DNA of 32,000 nt from Trichodesmium erythraeum IMS101 (GCF_000014265.1 NC_008312.1:780001-812000); one strand, 5' to 3'. Shown: positions 1-9,919, counted from the first letter of the stretch. Numbers and translations are program-made. The notes: generated from the letters alone by a model not told the origin.

Positions 1-1
1 A

Positions 2-718
2 CCAATTTTAAGTAATATTCCTCAAGAAGTAGCTGAAAAAGCTAAATTATTGTGGATTAATTATCCTAATAATCCTACAGGTGCTACAGCTAGCTTAGAG
101 TTTTTTGAAGAATTAGTAGGTTTTTGTAAACATTATGACATATTGTTATGCCACGACAATGCTTATTCTGAAATAGCTTATGATAATTATAAACCTCCTA
201 GTATATTACAAGTTCCTAACGCTAAAGATATAGCAATTGAATTTCATAGCTTATCCAAAACCTATAATATGTCAGGATGGCGCATTGGTTTTGTAGCAGG
301 AAATAGTCTAGGAATAAAAGGATTAAGTCAAGTAAAATCCAACATAGATTCTGGAGTATTTCAAGCCATTCAAAAAGCTGCAACCGAAGCTTTTGTTTCT
401 ACAACCGAAAAACACTTACAAAGTCTAGTGGCAGTTTATCAAAAACGACGAGATATTCTCATCAAAGGTTTGCAATCTTTAGGTTATCCCATTAAAGCAA
501 ACTTAGCCAGTTTATATGCATGGGTTCCAGTTCCTAAAAATTATACATCTCAAGAATTTGCTACTCTTTTACTAGAAAAATGTGGCATTATCGTAGTGCC
601 TGGAAACGCTTATGGTACATCAGGAGAAGGATTTATTCGTATTGCGTTAACAGTAGAAGACAAAAGAATTTCTCAAGCATTACAAAGAATTAAAGATTCA
701 GGTCTTAATTACATATAA
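2..718 (+). CDS. PLP-dependent aminotransferase, class I/II (DapL/PatA-like), C-terminal part; the 5' end lies outside the window
   Basis: The frame is open from base 2, with no stop before the TTG at 50 used by the ORF track. The translation PILSNIPQEVAEKAKLLWINYPNNPTGA continues the family motif. SLSKTYNMSGWRIGF holds the PLP-lysine motif typical of fold-type I aminotransferases. Confidence 0.8.
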   Translation, partial: PILSNIPQEVAEKAKLLWINYPNNPTGATASLEFFEELVGFCKHYDILLCHDNAYSEIAYDNYKPPSILQVPNAKDIAIEFHSLSKTYNMSGWRIGFVAGNSLGIKGLSQVKSNIDSGVFQAIQKAATEAFVSTTEKHLQSLVAVYQKRRDILIKGLQSLGYPIKANLASLYAWVPVPKNYTSQEFATLLLEKCGIIVVPGNAYGTSGEGFIRIALTVEDKRISQALQRIKDSGLNYI

Positions 719-1533
719 ATATTTAGACAAAAAAACTATCCTTTTAAATTGAATTACTATATTTAAGTTTTATTTAATTATTCTCTATTTTTTTTCAACT
801 ATTTTATTATCTATACTAATCTTATTCTTATATTTTTCATCCATCTTGCAAATTTTTGAGATGGGGGTTTGGAGGAGTGGCACCAATGAGCAATATTTCA
901 GAGCTTATTTGTAGTTTTTGGACTTGTAAAACCCCTTGATGGAATTCTATATTTTTGTCATCTTCCCCGGTTTTTAGGCAGGGGGAGAAAGTTGATTTGT
1001 ATATCTGATGAGAGCTGACCTCTCATCACCGGCATAACCAGCTCCTCTTAGGGGAGATTTTAGCCGGCATCCAAGTCTATTTAAAGTCTCCAAATACCCG
1101 AGCGCGACTGACCAAAAAATATTGTGGGTTTTTATTTGTACCTTGCTGGAAAGAAGCTGTTCCGAAACCTGAAAGCTTCCTAAGTTCTCCTCAAGGTCGT
1201 GGGGAGAGTTTTGAGGCACCTCTTCTTTTCTACAGTATTTATAATAAATAGAAGAGGGGTAAATAATCAATCTTATTTAAACATGGATTGTCGTCAGATT
1301 GGTGGGCGAGGCTTTAAACTCAATTGTTCGGTAATCAAAAAAATAATGCTCTCAATACTAGACTGTTTCATTTTAAATGAAAGTATGTATGTTAAGTCGG
1401 TATTTACAAAAAAAAGCTTAATTATATTAATTTTTATAAATCAACTTCAAGTTTTTCAATTAAATATGTTCTCAAACTTTTTATAAAAAGGCTAGCGTAA
1501 ATGCTAAGATATGCGCCATTAGTTTTTGTTTAG

Positions 1534-3267
1534 ATGTTAATTCTGAAAAAAATGAATGATGAAAAAACTGTGATTGGTTCTAACTATTCTGGTATTTCTT
1601 ATCTATTGGATAATAATCATAATCAATTTACTGTACCTGTAAATTTACTAATTCCATATTCAGCAGGTCTACAAGCTTTAGATGGAAATGATACAATAAT
1701 AGGCTCATTAAGCCCTGAATTGATTAATGGTAATCAAGGTAACGATAATATTTTTGGTGGAAGTGGTTCTGATACTTTACGAGGTGGTAGAGGTAATGAT
1801 TTTATTGAAGCTGACCAAGGTAACGATCAAGTTTTTGGAGATTTAGGTAAGGATACAGTTTATGGAGAAATCGGAAATGATCAAATTTATGGAGGGAAAG
1901 GAGAGGATATTTTATTCGGAGGCAATGGTAATGATACAATTTATGGGGATTTAGGAAAAGATACATTAATTGGAGAAGCAGGCAATGATATATTTGTTTT
2001 GCGAGATTCACCAAATAATAACAATTTAGATACTGCAGATATTATTTATGATTTTAATCCTAATTTTGACAGTATTCAAATGCCAGCAAACTTAACAGAA
2101 AGTGACATTCTATTAAGAGAAGATTTTTATTATGGAGGTACATTAATTCAAGTTCAGGCAAATGGTTCCATATTAGCAATAGTTAAAGACATATCTAATA
2201 CAAACGTTAAAAGTGAGTTAATTTTTGGAGATACCGCAAATACTAATGAACTTTTACAAACGAATAGTTCTGTAAGACCAACCTTTAATAATATTTTTGG
2301 ATATGGTTTAGTCGATGCCTCAGCAGCAGTAGCCAGTGCTATTGGTAGTACTTCCTTTCCAGAAGTTCCTGATTTAGGAGGAAATCAGTGGGGACTAGAC
2401 TTGGTTAAAGCACCCGAAGTTTGGAATCAAGGCTTTCTGGGAGATGGTATTGTAGTAGCCGTTATTGATAGTGGTGTAGACTATACCCATCCAGAATTAA
2501 CAGGCCAAATTTGGAAGAATAGCCGTGAAATTCCTAACAATAATATTGATGATGATGCTAATGGCTATGTGGATGATTTTCAGGGTTGGGATTTTATCAA
2601 TGATGATAATGACTCAAGAGATGAAAAAGGTCATGGAACTCATATTGCAGGCACTATAGCTGCCAAGAGAGATGGGATAGGGACAACTGGTATAGCTCCA
2701 AATGTCCAAATTATGCCTCTCAGGATACTTAATGATCAAGGAACAGGTAAAGTTAGCGATGGTATAGAGGCTATTCGTTATGCTGTTGATAATGGAGCAG
2801 ATGTGATTAACTTTAGCTCTGGTGATAGAAATTTAGTTAGTGGGGAAATTGAAGCTATTCGTTATGCTGCTGAACGAGGTGTTGTATTTGTTTCTGCTGC
2901 AGGTAATGGTAGTTTAAGTAGTCCTGATTATCCAGCAAAGTTAGCTGATAAACAGGGAATTGCGGTTGGGTCAGTAGAGAAAAATGGGAAATTTTCTTCT
3001 TTTTCCAATGAAGCTGGAAACCAACCTTTAGATTATGTCGTTGCTCCAGGGGGGGATGGTTTTCCTGAAGATGCAGGAGATATCTATGCCCCTGTACCTC
3101 TTTCTATAAAAGGTAATTTATATAGTTTCTTGACAGGTACTTCAATGGCTACACCTTATGTTACAGGTATAGTAGCTTTAATTAAACAAGCTAATCCAAG
3201 TTTGTCTGTTGAGGCCATTGAAAATATAATTACTTATACTACTAACTCAGCAGATGTGATTGTCTAA
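1534..3267 (+). CDS. Secreted-type fusion protein: N-terminal RTX (hemolysin-type Ca-binding) nonapeptide block plus C-terminal subtilisin-like S8 serine protease
   Basis: Ten consecutive GGxGxDxxx nonapeptides run from GNQGNDNIF to GEAGNDIFV (about nt 1729-1998). The S8 triad motifs are present: VAVIDSGVD (Asp), HGTHIAGTIAA (His) and GTSMATPYVTG (Ser), along with AAGNGS. An alternative start exists at 1552. Confidence 0.85.
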   Translation: MLILKKMNDEKTVIGSNYSGISYLLDNNHNQFTVPVNLLIPYSAGLQALDGNDTIIGSLSPELINGNQGNDNIFGGSGSDTLRGGRGNDFIEADQGNDQVFGDLGKDTVYGEIGNDQIYGGKGEDILFGGNGNDTIYGDLGKDTLIGEAGNDIFVLRDSPNNNNLDTADIIYDFNPNFDSIQMPANLTESDILLREDFYYGGTLIQVQANGSILAIVKDISNTNVKSELIFGDTANTNELLQTNSSVRPTFNNIFGYGLVDASAAVASAIGSTSFPEVPDLGGNQWGLDLVKAPEVWNQGFLGDGIVVAVIDSGVDYTHPELTGQIWKNSREIPNNNIDDDANGYVDDFQGWDFINDDNDSRDEKGHGTHIAGTIAAKRDGIGTTGIAPNVQIMPLRILNDQGTGKVSDGIEAIRYAVDNGADVINFSSGDRNLVSGEIEAIRYAAERGVVFVSAAGNGSLSSPDYPAKLADKQGIAVGSVEKNGKFSSFSNEAGNQPLDYVVAPGGDGFPEDAGDIYAPVPLSIKGNLYSFLTGTSMATPYVTGIVALIKQANPSLSVEAIENIITYTTNSADVIV

Positions 3268-3485
3268 TTTAGACTACTGAAGAAAATATGAATGGGAAAG
3301 GGACTGGGAATATCCTGGACAGATTTTTATAAAATCCCTGTATACTGGGCGCAAAAATACTTAAGTCAGAGGTCAAAAATTGTCCTGGTCCAAAATTAGT
3401 TTTATTTTTCATAACCAAAGTTGCCCTCTATTTCTCTATAGGCTTTATGATCATGACTGTGTGTGGTGTGAAGTGAAGGAGTAAG

Positions 3486-4217
3486 ATGACTGCCGATAGC
3501 CAATTCATCTCTGGTAAAGTAATTAGAGGATTTACAGGGCGAGCTTTTCAGCCTTTCCTCCCCAGAGATAAACACAAAAGTCAAATTCATCAAGTCCTAG
3601 AAATAGGATTTTCCAAACGATTATTCGATATCCTGTTTTCTCTATCTGTTCTCATATTGTTTTCCCCTGTTTACGTCCTGATAGCTTTGCTAATTGCATT
3701 CAGTTCACCAGGTTCAATCTTTTATGTTCAAGAAAGAGTAGGTAAAAATAGAAAGCTATTCCGTTGTTTAAAATTTAGAACCATGGTGCAAAATGCAGAT
3801 GAAGTGTTAGGAGAAATTATGGAAACTTGTCCTGATCTACGTCAAGAATTTCAAGATAGTTTTAAATTAAAACATGACCCTAGAATTACATGGATCGGTA
3901 GATTTCTAAGAATTACAAGTTTAGATGAATTTCCTCAATTTTGGAACGTTTTGAAAGGTGACATGAGTGTAGTAGGCCCGAGACCATTAGTCCTTGAAGA
4001 ACTAGCAAAATATGGTCATCACATGGATAAAATTCTTACCATTAAACCAGGAATAACTGGTTTGTGGCAAGTTTCTGGTCGCAATGATATTCCTTATCCT
4101 AAGAGAGTTCAAATAGATCTTTACTATGTAAATTTCCGAAATTTTTGGATAGATATATGGATCATGTTTAAAACTATTGGTATTGTTATTTTTCCAAAAA
4201 ACAACGGTGCTTACTAA
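3486..4217 (+). CDS. Polyprenyl-phosphate sugar phosphotransferase (bacterial sugar transferase family, small WbaP/EpsL-like PGT)
   Basis: KRLFDILFSLSVLILFSPVYVLIALLI forms a re-entrant helix. Further family motifs are RVGKNRKLFRCLKFRTM, DEFPQFWNVLKGDMSVVGPRPL and GITGLWQVSGR. An AAGGAG Shine-Dalgarno sits at 3476-3481, 4 nt before the ATG. Confidence 0.85.
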   Translation: MTADSQFISGKVIRGFTGRAFQPFLPRDKHKSQIHQVLEIGFSKRLFDILFSLSVLILFSPVYVLIALLIAFSSPGSIFYVQERVGKNRKLFRCLKFRTMVQNADEVLGEIMETCPDLRQEFQDSFKLKHDPRITWIGRFLRITSLDEFPQFWNVLKGDMSVVGPRPLVLEELAKYGHHMDKILTIKPGITGLWQVSGRNDIPYPKRVQIDLYYVNFRNFWIDIWIMFKTIGIVIFPKNNGAY

Positions 4218-4266
4218 TCCTGAATCATTAGGACTAAGAGATTTCAAATTATCTTAAACTATTGTA

Positions 4267-4312
4267 GGGTTAGAGGTTGGTGATATTTTTACAAATATTG
4301 AACCTCTAACCC
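4267..4312 (+). terminator. Perfect 12-bp inverted repeat (gggttagaggtt / aacctctaaccc) with a 22-nt loop, 50 nt downstream of the sugar transferase stop
   Basis: The two arms at 4267-4278 and 4301-4312 were read directly from the sequence. No U-tract follows, so terminator function is uncertain. Confidence 0.35.
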
Positions 4313-4901
4313 AAATTTATAACTTGAAATAATAGACGTTTTATTTAGGAAGATAAATATTTTGAAAGAATACAAGTTGATAAATTAGTAGAGAGTCAAA
4401 CTTTGCTATGGGGTAAAAAATAAAAAAATTTATCAAAAATTAGCCTCATAACCAGTAACAAATGTGATAAACTCGCGGGTACAGATAATTGCTTCAATAT
4501 GATTAAAGGATAAATTTCACTAAAAGCTAACTGCTAAAAAACGAGTTGTTGTCTGTATAGATATTGATATAAATACTCTAGTAACTTGTAGTGATGGAAG
4601 AAAAGTATGCTAATGTTAAGCACATTGTCCGACTCGTTCAATTTGAAAAACGATTTGTATTGTTAGCTTGAGTTTCAAGGGATTTTAAGCTTGCTCTAGA
4701 ATATAAGTTGCAGGCTACCCTTAGAGTTTTTCTATAAAACAGGAAGTTAAAGTCCTGAACTTAAAGTAGACCCTGGGTAAGTTTGGGAAAGTTCAGTAGA
4801 ATGGCTTGTATTATAGTAAAAAGAAATCTTAAATGTTACAGAAATTGGTGTATCTAAGGCCGAGAGTATGTAACTACGTTGCGTTATGAATATTAACTAT
4901 A

Positions 4902-5930
4902 ATGAGTGAAAGGAAACGAGCGCTAATTACTGGTATTACAGGTCAAGACGGTTCATATTTAGCTGAACTTTTACTTGAGAAAAACTATGAAGTTCATGGT
5001 ATCATTAGACGTAGTTCTAGCTTTAATACAGATAGGATAGAGCATATATATCAAGATTCTCATTATCCAGATGCTAGATTATTTCTCCATTATGGAGACT
5101 TAACTGATGGGACTACTCTACGTCGAATTATTGAAGCAGTTAAGCCATTAGAAATATACAACTTAGGTGCCCAGTCCCATGTTAGGGTGAGCTTTGATTC
5201 TCCAGAGTATACGGTAGATTCAGTGGGAATGGGCACTCTACGTTTACTCGAAGCAATACGAGACTATCAACAACGTACTGGGATTGAAGTTCGTTTTTAT
5301 CAAGCTGGATCTTCGGAAATGTTTGGTAAAGTTCAAGAAATACCTCAGAAAGAAACTACACCTTTTTACCCCCGTAGTCCCTATTCTTGTGCTAAAGTTT
5401 ATGCCTACTGGCAAACAATAAATTATCGAGAGTCGTACAATCTATTTGCTTGTAATGGTATATTATTCAACCATGAAAGTCCTCGTCGAGGTGAGACTTT
5501 TGTAACTCGTAAAATTACTCGTGCTGTAGCTAGAATTTTAGCAGATAAACAAAAAAAACTTTATCTTGGTAATCTTGATGCTAAAAGAGATTGGGGATAT
5601 GCAAAGGATTATGTTCGAGCTATGTGGATGATGCTACAGCAGGAAGCACCAGATGATTATGTGATTGCTACTAATGAAACTCATTCTATTAAAGAATTTC
5701 TAGAAATAGCATTTACTTATGTAAATCTAGAGTGGCAAGATTATGTGGAGTTTGACCCTCGTTATCTACGTCCTACTGAGGTTGATTTGTTAATTGGTGA
5801 TTGTACAAAAGCACGAGAAAAGTTACATTGGAAACCATCAGTTACATTTACGGAGTTGGTACATTTGATGGTTGATTCTGATATTAAGGTTTTGGAAAAA
5901 GCTGTTATTAATAGTAATGGTTTTGATTAA
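4902..5930 (+). CDS. gmd: GDP-mannose 4,6-dehydratase
   Basis: The N-terminus [44 protein letters not shown] is canonical for GMD. The SDR catalytic region ([12 protein letters not shown]) and [17 protein letters not shown] are also present. The length of 342 aa is typical. Confidence 0.95.
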   Translation: MSERKRALITGITGQDGSYLAELLLEKNYEVHGIIRRSSSFNTDRIEHIYQDSHYPDARLFLHYGDLTDGTTLRRIIEAVKPLEIYNLGAQSHVRVSFDSPEYTVDSVGMGTLRLLEAIRDYQQRTGIEVRFYQAGSSEMFGKVQEIPQKETTPFYPRSPYSCAKVYAYWQTINYRESYNLFACNGILFNHESPRRGETFVTRKITRAVARILADKQKKLYLGNLDAKRDWGYAKDYVRAMWMMLQQEAPDDYVIATNETHSIKEFLEIAFTYVNLEWQDYVEFDPRYLRPTEVDLLIGDCTKAREKLHWKPSVTFTELVHLMVDSDIKVLEKAVINSNGFD

Positions 5931-6993
5931 AAATTTAGGACTAAGTTATTAAGAGGGTTAAATTATTGAGGTAATCCTTAATTTTTTTGAGGTGATAGTG
6001 CTTTTAGTTGACTTTTAGCACTATCAAAATTAACTAAATTTATGATTAAAAAGTAGCTAAAAAGAGAAAAAATTATCCCATGTATCTAAATAATATCTAA
6101 ATGAGTCAAAGTAGATACTAATTCAATAAAAATATTTTTAGCAATAGAATAAGTATGAAGTGTAACGTTGGGATCAATATAGGATAATATTTAGTTACAA
6201 TCCTAGCTAGATAATAGTTTATAAATTATTAGTCAAGTTTGGGATGTAAATTTTTTTTCTATACCACTACATATTTAGGGATCGGAAATTAGTAAATTAT
6301 TTTGATGTTTTCCGTTTTTACTGACACAAAAACCTGGGCAATATAAATGGGCAGAATACTACAGGAAAAGATTTGGGTACCGAAAATTGCTTCAGAGATT
6401 AGTTGAGATTTGTGAATATATTACTGTTGAATTCCCGTAGTTCTATATACAGCGGTTTCCTTTGCCGGTGAGGTATTCTAATTGAGAGTAAAATATTGCA
6501 CTACAATATTTTCATTATTTACCCTGTACGTTATTTTGTCTCTCAGATGCTATGTCATCGACAGAAAGTCAAAGTTTCTGCGAAACTCATTAGCTGAAAC
6601 AAAATATTGAGTAGCTATTAAATCCCAGTCATAAGAAATAAGAAAGATTATCAAAAACTTTGCTATGCTTGGATTTGTATTTCTCAGTACTATTTATTTA
6701 CTATTATTTATGTTTAATTAACCTCTATGATTTATTTAGTTATTTTTACTGCCTTACAAAGATAGCACTAGCCCATAAAAAATAATATGTTAGGCTTTTG
6801 TATTTTTAAAACTTAATACTAATGAAAAAAAAGAATGTGACAAATGAACTGTTGTAAATCACTTCTGAGAAAGCCTTAGACTTTGGAGGAATTATTCAAA
6901 TTGGTATGACAGAATTACTGTGGCGAATGTGGCAATGATTTTCATCTACAATACTTGAAGGCTTATGATTGGCATAAATCTCGGAGGCTTTTG

Positions 6994-7938
6994 ATGATTA
7001 AATTAGAGTTAGAAAACAAAAGAATTTTAGTAACCGGTGGAGCTGGTTTTCTTGGACGCCAAGTTGTAGATAGACTTCATAAAGCAGGAGCTAATCCTGA
7101 TAATATTACTATACTGCGATCGCGTGATTATGACCTTCGGACTCTAGGAGCTTGCCAAAAAGCTGTTCAAGAACAGGATATTATAATTCACCTTGCTGCT
7201 CATGTAGGAGGTATTGGTCTAAATAAGGAAAAACCTGCTGAATTATTTTACGATAACTTGATGATGGGAGCACAATTAATTGACTGTGCCCATAAAGCAA
7301 ATGTAGAAAAGTTTGTATGTGTAGGTTCAATATGTGCTTATCCTAAATTTACTCCTGTTCCTTTCAAAGAAGAAGACCTTTGGAATGGTTATCCAGAAGA
7401 AACTAATGCTCCTTATGGTATTGCGAAGAAAGCTCTTTTAGTTCAACTGGAAGCTTATCGTCAACAGTATGGTTTTAATGGTGTTTATCTTTTACCTGTT
7501 AACTTGTACGGACCTGAAGATAATTTTGATCCTAAAAGTTCTCATGTAATTCCTGCTTTAATTCGGAAAGTACATGAAGCTCAAGTAGGAGGAAAGAAAG
7601 AATTATCTGTTTGGGGTGACGGTAGTCCGAGTCGTGAATTTTTATATTCTACAGATGCGGCCAGAGGAATTGTTATGGCAACTCAATTTTATAATGAATC
7701 TGATCCTATTAATTTAGGAACTAATCATGAAGTAAAGATTCGTAATTTAGTAGAGTTAATTTGTGAGTTAATGGATTTTCAGGGAGAGTTAGTTTGGGAA
7801 ATTGATAAGCCAAATGGTCAACCTAGGCGATGTTTAGATACAAAAAAAGCCAAGGAAAAATTTGGTTTTGTTGCTGAGGTAGATTTGAAGCAAGGGTTGA
7901 AGAATACAATTGAATGGTATCGCCAAAATGCTGATTAA
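6994..7938 (+). CDS. fcl: GDP-L-fucose synthase (GDP-4-keto-6-deoxymannose 3,5-epimerase/4-reductase)
   Basis: ILVTGGAGFLGRQV is the Rossmann motif. APYGIAKKAL (YxxxK), LPVNLYGPEDNF and REFLYSTDAA also fit the family. I prefer the ATG at 6994 (MIKLELENKRILVTGG, 314 aa) over the TTG at 6955 used by the ORF track. Confidence 0.9.
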   Translation: MIKLELENKRILVTGGAGFLGRQVVDRLHKAGANPDNITILRSRDYDLRTLGACQKAVQEQDIIIHLAAHVGGIGLNKEKPAELFYDNLMMGAQLIDCAHKANVEKFVCVGSICAYPKFTPVPFKEEDLWNGYPEETNAPYGIAKKALLVQLEAYRQQYGFNGVYLLPVNLYGPEDNFDPKSSHVIPALIRKVHEAQVGGKKELSVWGDGSPSREFLYSTDAARGIVMATQFYNESDPINLGTNHEVKIRNLVELICELMDFQGELVWEIDKPNGQPRRCLDTKKAKEKFGFVAEVDLKQGLKNTIEWYRQNAD

Positions 7939-7982
7939 GTTGAAAGGTATAGACTTTATTGTAATCAATTGATATAGTAAAA

Positions 7983-8014
7983 AGTTGGAGGTAATTTACT
8001 TTCCAGCTTTTTTC
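7983..8014 (+). terminator. Rho-independent-type terminator downstream of fcl
   Basis: A 7-bp stem, agttgga (7983-7989) with tccagct (8002-8008), includes one G-U pair. It is followed directly by a T-run (8008-8014) and lies 45 nt after the fcl stop. Confidence 0.5.
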
Positions 8015-8523
8015 TATATAAAAGCTTTTATAGTTAAAAATTACTACTAGATAAAATTATAAACAAATCCTTTGTTGAGAAACAGCTTCGGTACTTTAAT
8101 TATTGTATTAACCTCCACAAGCATTTATAGGTTATACCAAATCTGCAAAGTGTGAGTGATATTTTTTAAAGTTATAGCTATTGCTAAATAAGGGATTGGG
8201 CGATGAGAAAAATCTGCTTTTATCCCTGTATTGGGTATAAAAACTTCTCATCAATTAAATAATGGGTGAAAAAGGCACTGAAGTCCTGTTTCAAAACTCT
8301 TTGGAATAGAGAATTTTAAGTTACGAAACTATGGTAGTATCTAAGTCTATTAGGTTTCTTGGGTTGAGGAAATTTTAACGATACTCAAAATTTTTTTTAA
8401 CACAAACAAATCCTAGGAGCTATATTAAAACTTCACCCTTAAGAGCAAGGACTTTATTTTTAAAGGGGTATAGTTACATGATAAAAAAATTAGGATAAAA
8501 TACCTATATCTAAGGTTAGAAAA

Positions 8524-9246
8524 ATGGTCGATCAGAATCTTCTGGAAAAAATTAGTAAACTTCTAGCTCTTACTAGTTCACCTAATGAACATGAAGCTGC
8601 ATTAGCAGCAGAAAAAGCAGCAGAGTTATTGGCTAAACATAATTTATCTGTAGCAGATTTAGGACAAGATAAAGATGAAGATATTACTAAGAGTATTGTT
8701 GATAAAACAGGTCGTTATGTAACCTGGAAAATGTGGATTTTAGCAGGAATTGCTAATGCTAATGGGTGTCAAGCAATGCGTTCTACTTACAGTGGTGAAA
8801 TGAGAATAGTAGGAACAGAGACTAATATTACAGTTTCTAGGTCCCTTTATGAATATTTAACGGCTGTAGTTGATAAATTAGTTAAACAACATAGAGGTAA
8901 AGGAAGAGTTTTTATTAATGCATTTCGGGTGGGTTGTGCAACTAGATTAAGACAGAGATTAGAGCAGCGACGAAAATATATGGAGGAAAAGGGTATAGCT
9001 AGTAATGGTGATGATGATTCAAAATCTGCATCTGCTATAGTTGTGCGTTCGATGTTTGAAAAACATACTTTAGCTATTCAAGCATATTTGAAACAAGAAG
9101 GTGTAAAATGTAAAACTCAGAAATCAAGTAAAGTTAATAGTGATTTAGGTTTTTCCTTTGGGTATATTGCTGGAGAAAAAGTCCGTTTAAATTATTGGAA
9201 TCAAAATTTACATCAAGATAAATTTATCAAAAAAGTAAAGGTGTGA
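8524..9246 (+). CDS. DUF2786-type protein (family common in phage and plasmid contexts); function unknown
   Basis: The N-terminus LLEKISKLLALTSSPNEHEAALAAEKAAELLAKHNL matches the DUF2786 signature as I remember it. The C-terminal half (IANANGCQA...FRVGCATRLRQRLEQRR) resembles the domain that usually accompanies it. Confidence 0.6.
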   Translation: MVDQNLLEKISKLLALTSSPNEHEAALAAEKAAELLAKHNLSVADLGQDKDEDITKSIVDKTGRYVTWKMWILAGIANANGCQAMRSTYSGEMRIVGTETNITVSRSLYEYLTAVVDKLVKQHRGKGRVFINAFRVGCATRLRQRLEQRRKYMEEKGIASNGDDDSKSASAIVVRSMFEKHTLAIQAYLKQEGVKCKTQKSSKVNSDLGFSFGYIAGEKVRLNYWNQNLHQDKFIKKVKV

Positions 9247-9430
9247 TAATTAGCACATCAGTTATTATTCACTAGCTTTTTTTACATCTTAATGTAAGAC
9301 TCTAAGGAGTGATTATTATGAAAAAAATTACATTAGATAAAATATTAAAAGAAAAGATTAAATAAGCTTGATATTAGACAGTGTAAGTGTTAAAGTTTTA
9401 TGAGTGAATATTTCAACGTAAATAGAGAAA

Positions 9431-9865
9431 ATGGCTAAAACAACAACAGAAAAAAATAACACTTCAGAAGAATCAAATACTCAACTAATTGGTAAAGCAT
9501 TGTTGAAAAAAGTTAAAGATCTTTCACATAAGTCAAAGAAAGAAACTGCTATTGCTTGCGGGTATTATACAACTACAAAAGATCAGCAGAAGCGAGTAAA
9601 TCTTGGCAAGTTTTACGATGCAGTTTTACAGGCAAAGGGGGTAAAATTATATGAGAGGGATACTAAAGATGGAAGAGGACGTGCGCCTACTTATCGTGCT
9701 TGTGTTCATAAAAATGGACAGTTAGTAATAGGTGCTAACTATACAGATGAAATGGGACTAAAACCCGGAGATGAATTTAACATCCAGCTAGGACATAAAC
9801 ATATTCATCTCAGGCAAATTAACACTGAAGTTGAAAACGAACGTCAAAATAATGAGGAAGAATAG
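9431..9865 (+). CDS. Cyanobacterial AbrB-like transcriptional regulator (cyAbrB; C-terminal SpoVT/AbrB domain)
   Basis: LIGKALLKKVKDLSHKSKKETAIACGYYTTTKDQQKRVNLGKFYDAVLQAKGV is the cyAbrB-specific N-domain. The C-terminal NGQLVIGANYTDEMGLKPGDEFNIQLGHKHIHLRQ is the swapped-hairpin AbrB motif. Confidence 0.75.
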   Translation: MAKTTTEKNNTSEESNTQLIGKALLKKVKDLSHKSKKETAIACGYYTTTKDQQKRVNLGKFYDAVLQAKGVKLYERDTKDGRGRAPTYRACVHKNGQLVIGANYTDEMGLKPGDEFNIQLGHKHIHLRQINTEVENERQNNEEE

Positions 9866-9919
9866 ATAAGTGAGGTGGGAGATAGCTATTGTCTCCAAAT
9901 CTCTGAGTATAACTCACTG

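Noticed and set aside
1005-1028. CUGAUGAG string followed by a hairpin, reminiscent of a hammerhead ribozyme core
   Set aside because: The hairpin uses the GAUGAGAG bases themselves. No GAAA follows the helix, and no stem I/III arrangement or cleavage-site context is visible. The match to CUGAUGA looks coincidental.
974-1486. ORF-track entries 974-1270 (-) and 1199-1486 (+) in the spacer upstream of the RTX protease
   Set aside because: They overlap each other on opposite strands and have no recognisable motif. The first lies in a hairpin-rich, G+C-richer patch and the second is low-complexity and AT-driven. I treat the region as non-coding or possibly an RNA element instead.
1802-2014. 70-aa antisense ORF inside the RTX repeat block
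   Set aside because: It lies entirely within and antisense to a well-supported CDS. The open frame is a by-product of the repetitive GGxGxD codon pattern.
3402-4247. ORFs 3402-3593 (-) and 4002-4247 (-) overlapping the sugar transferase gene
   Set aside because: They are antisense overlaps with a strongly supported CDS, have no motifs, and are short.
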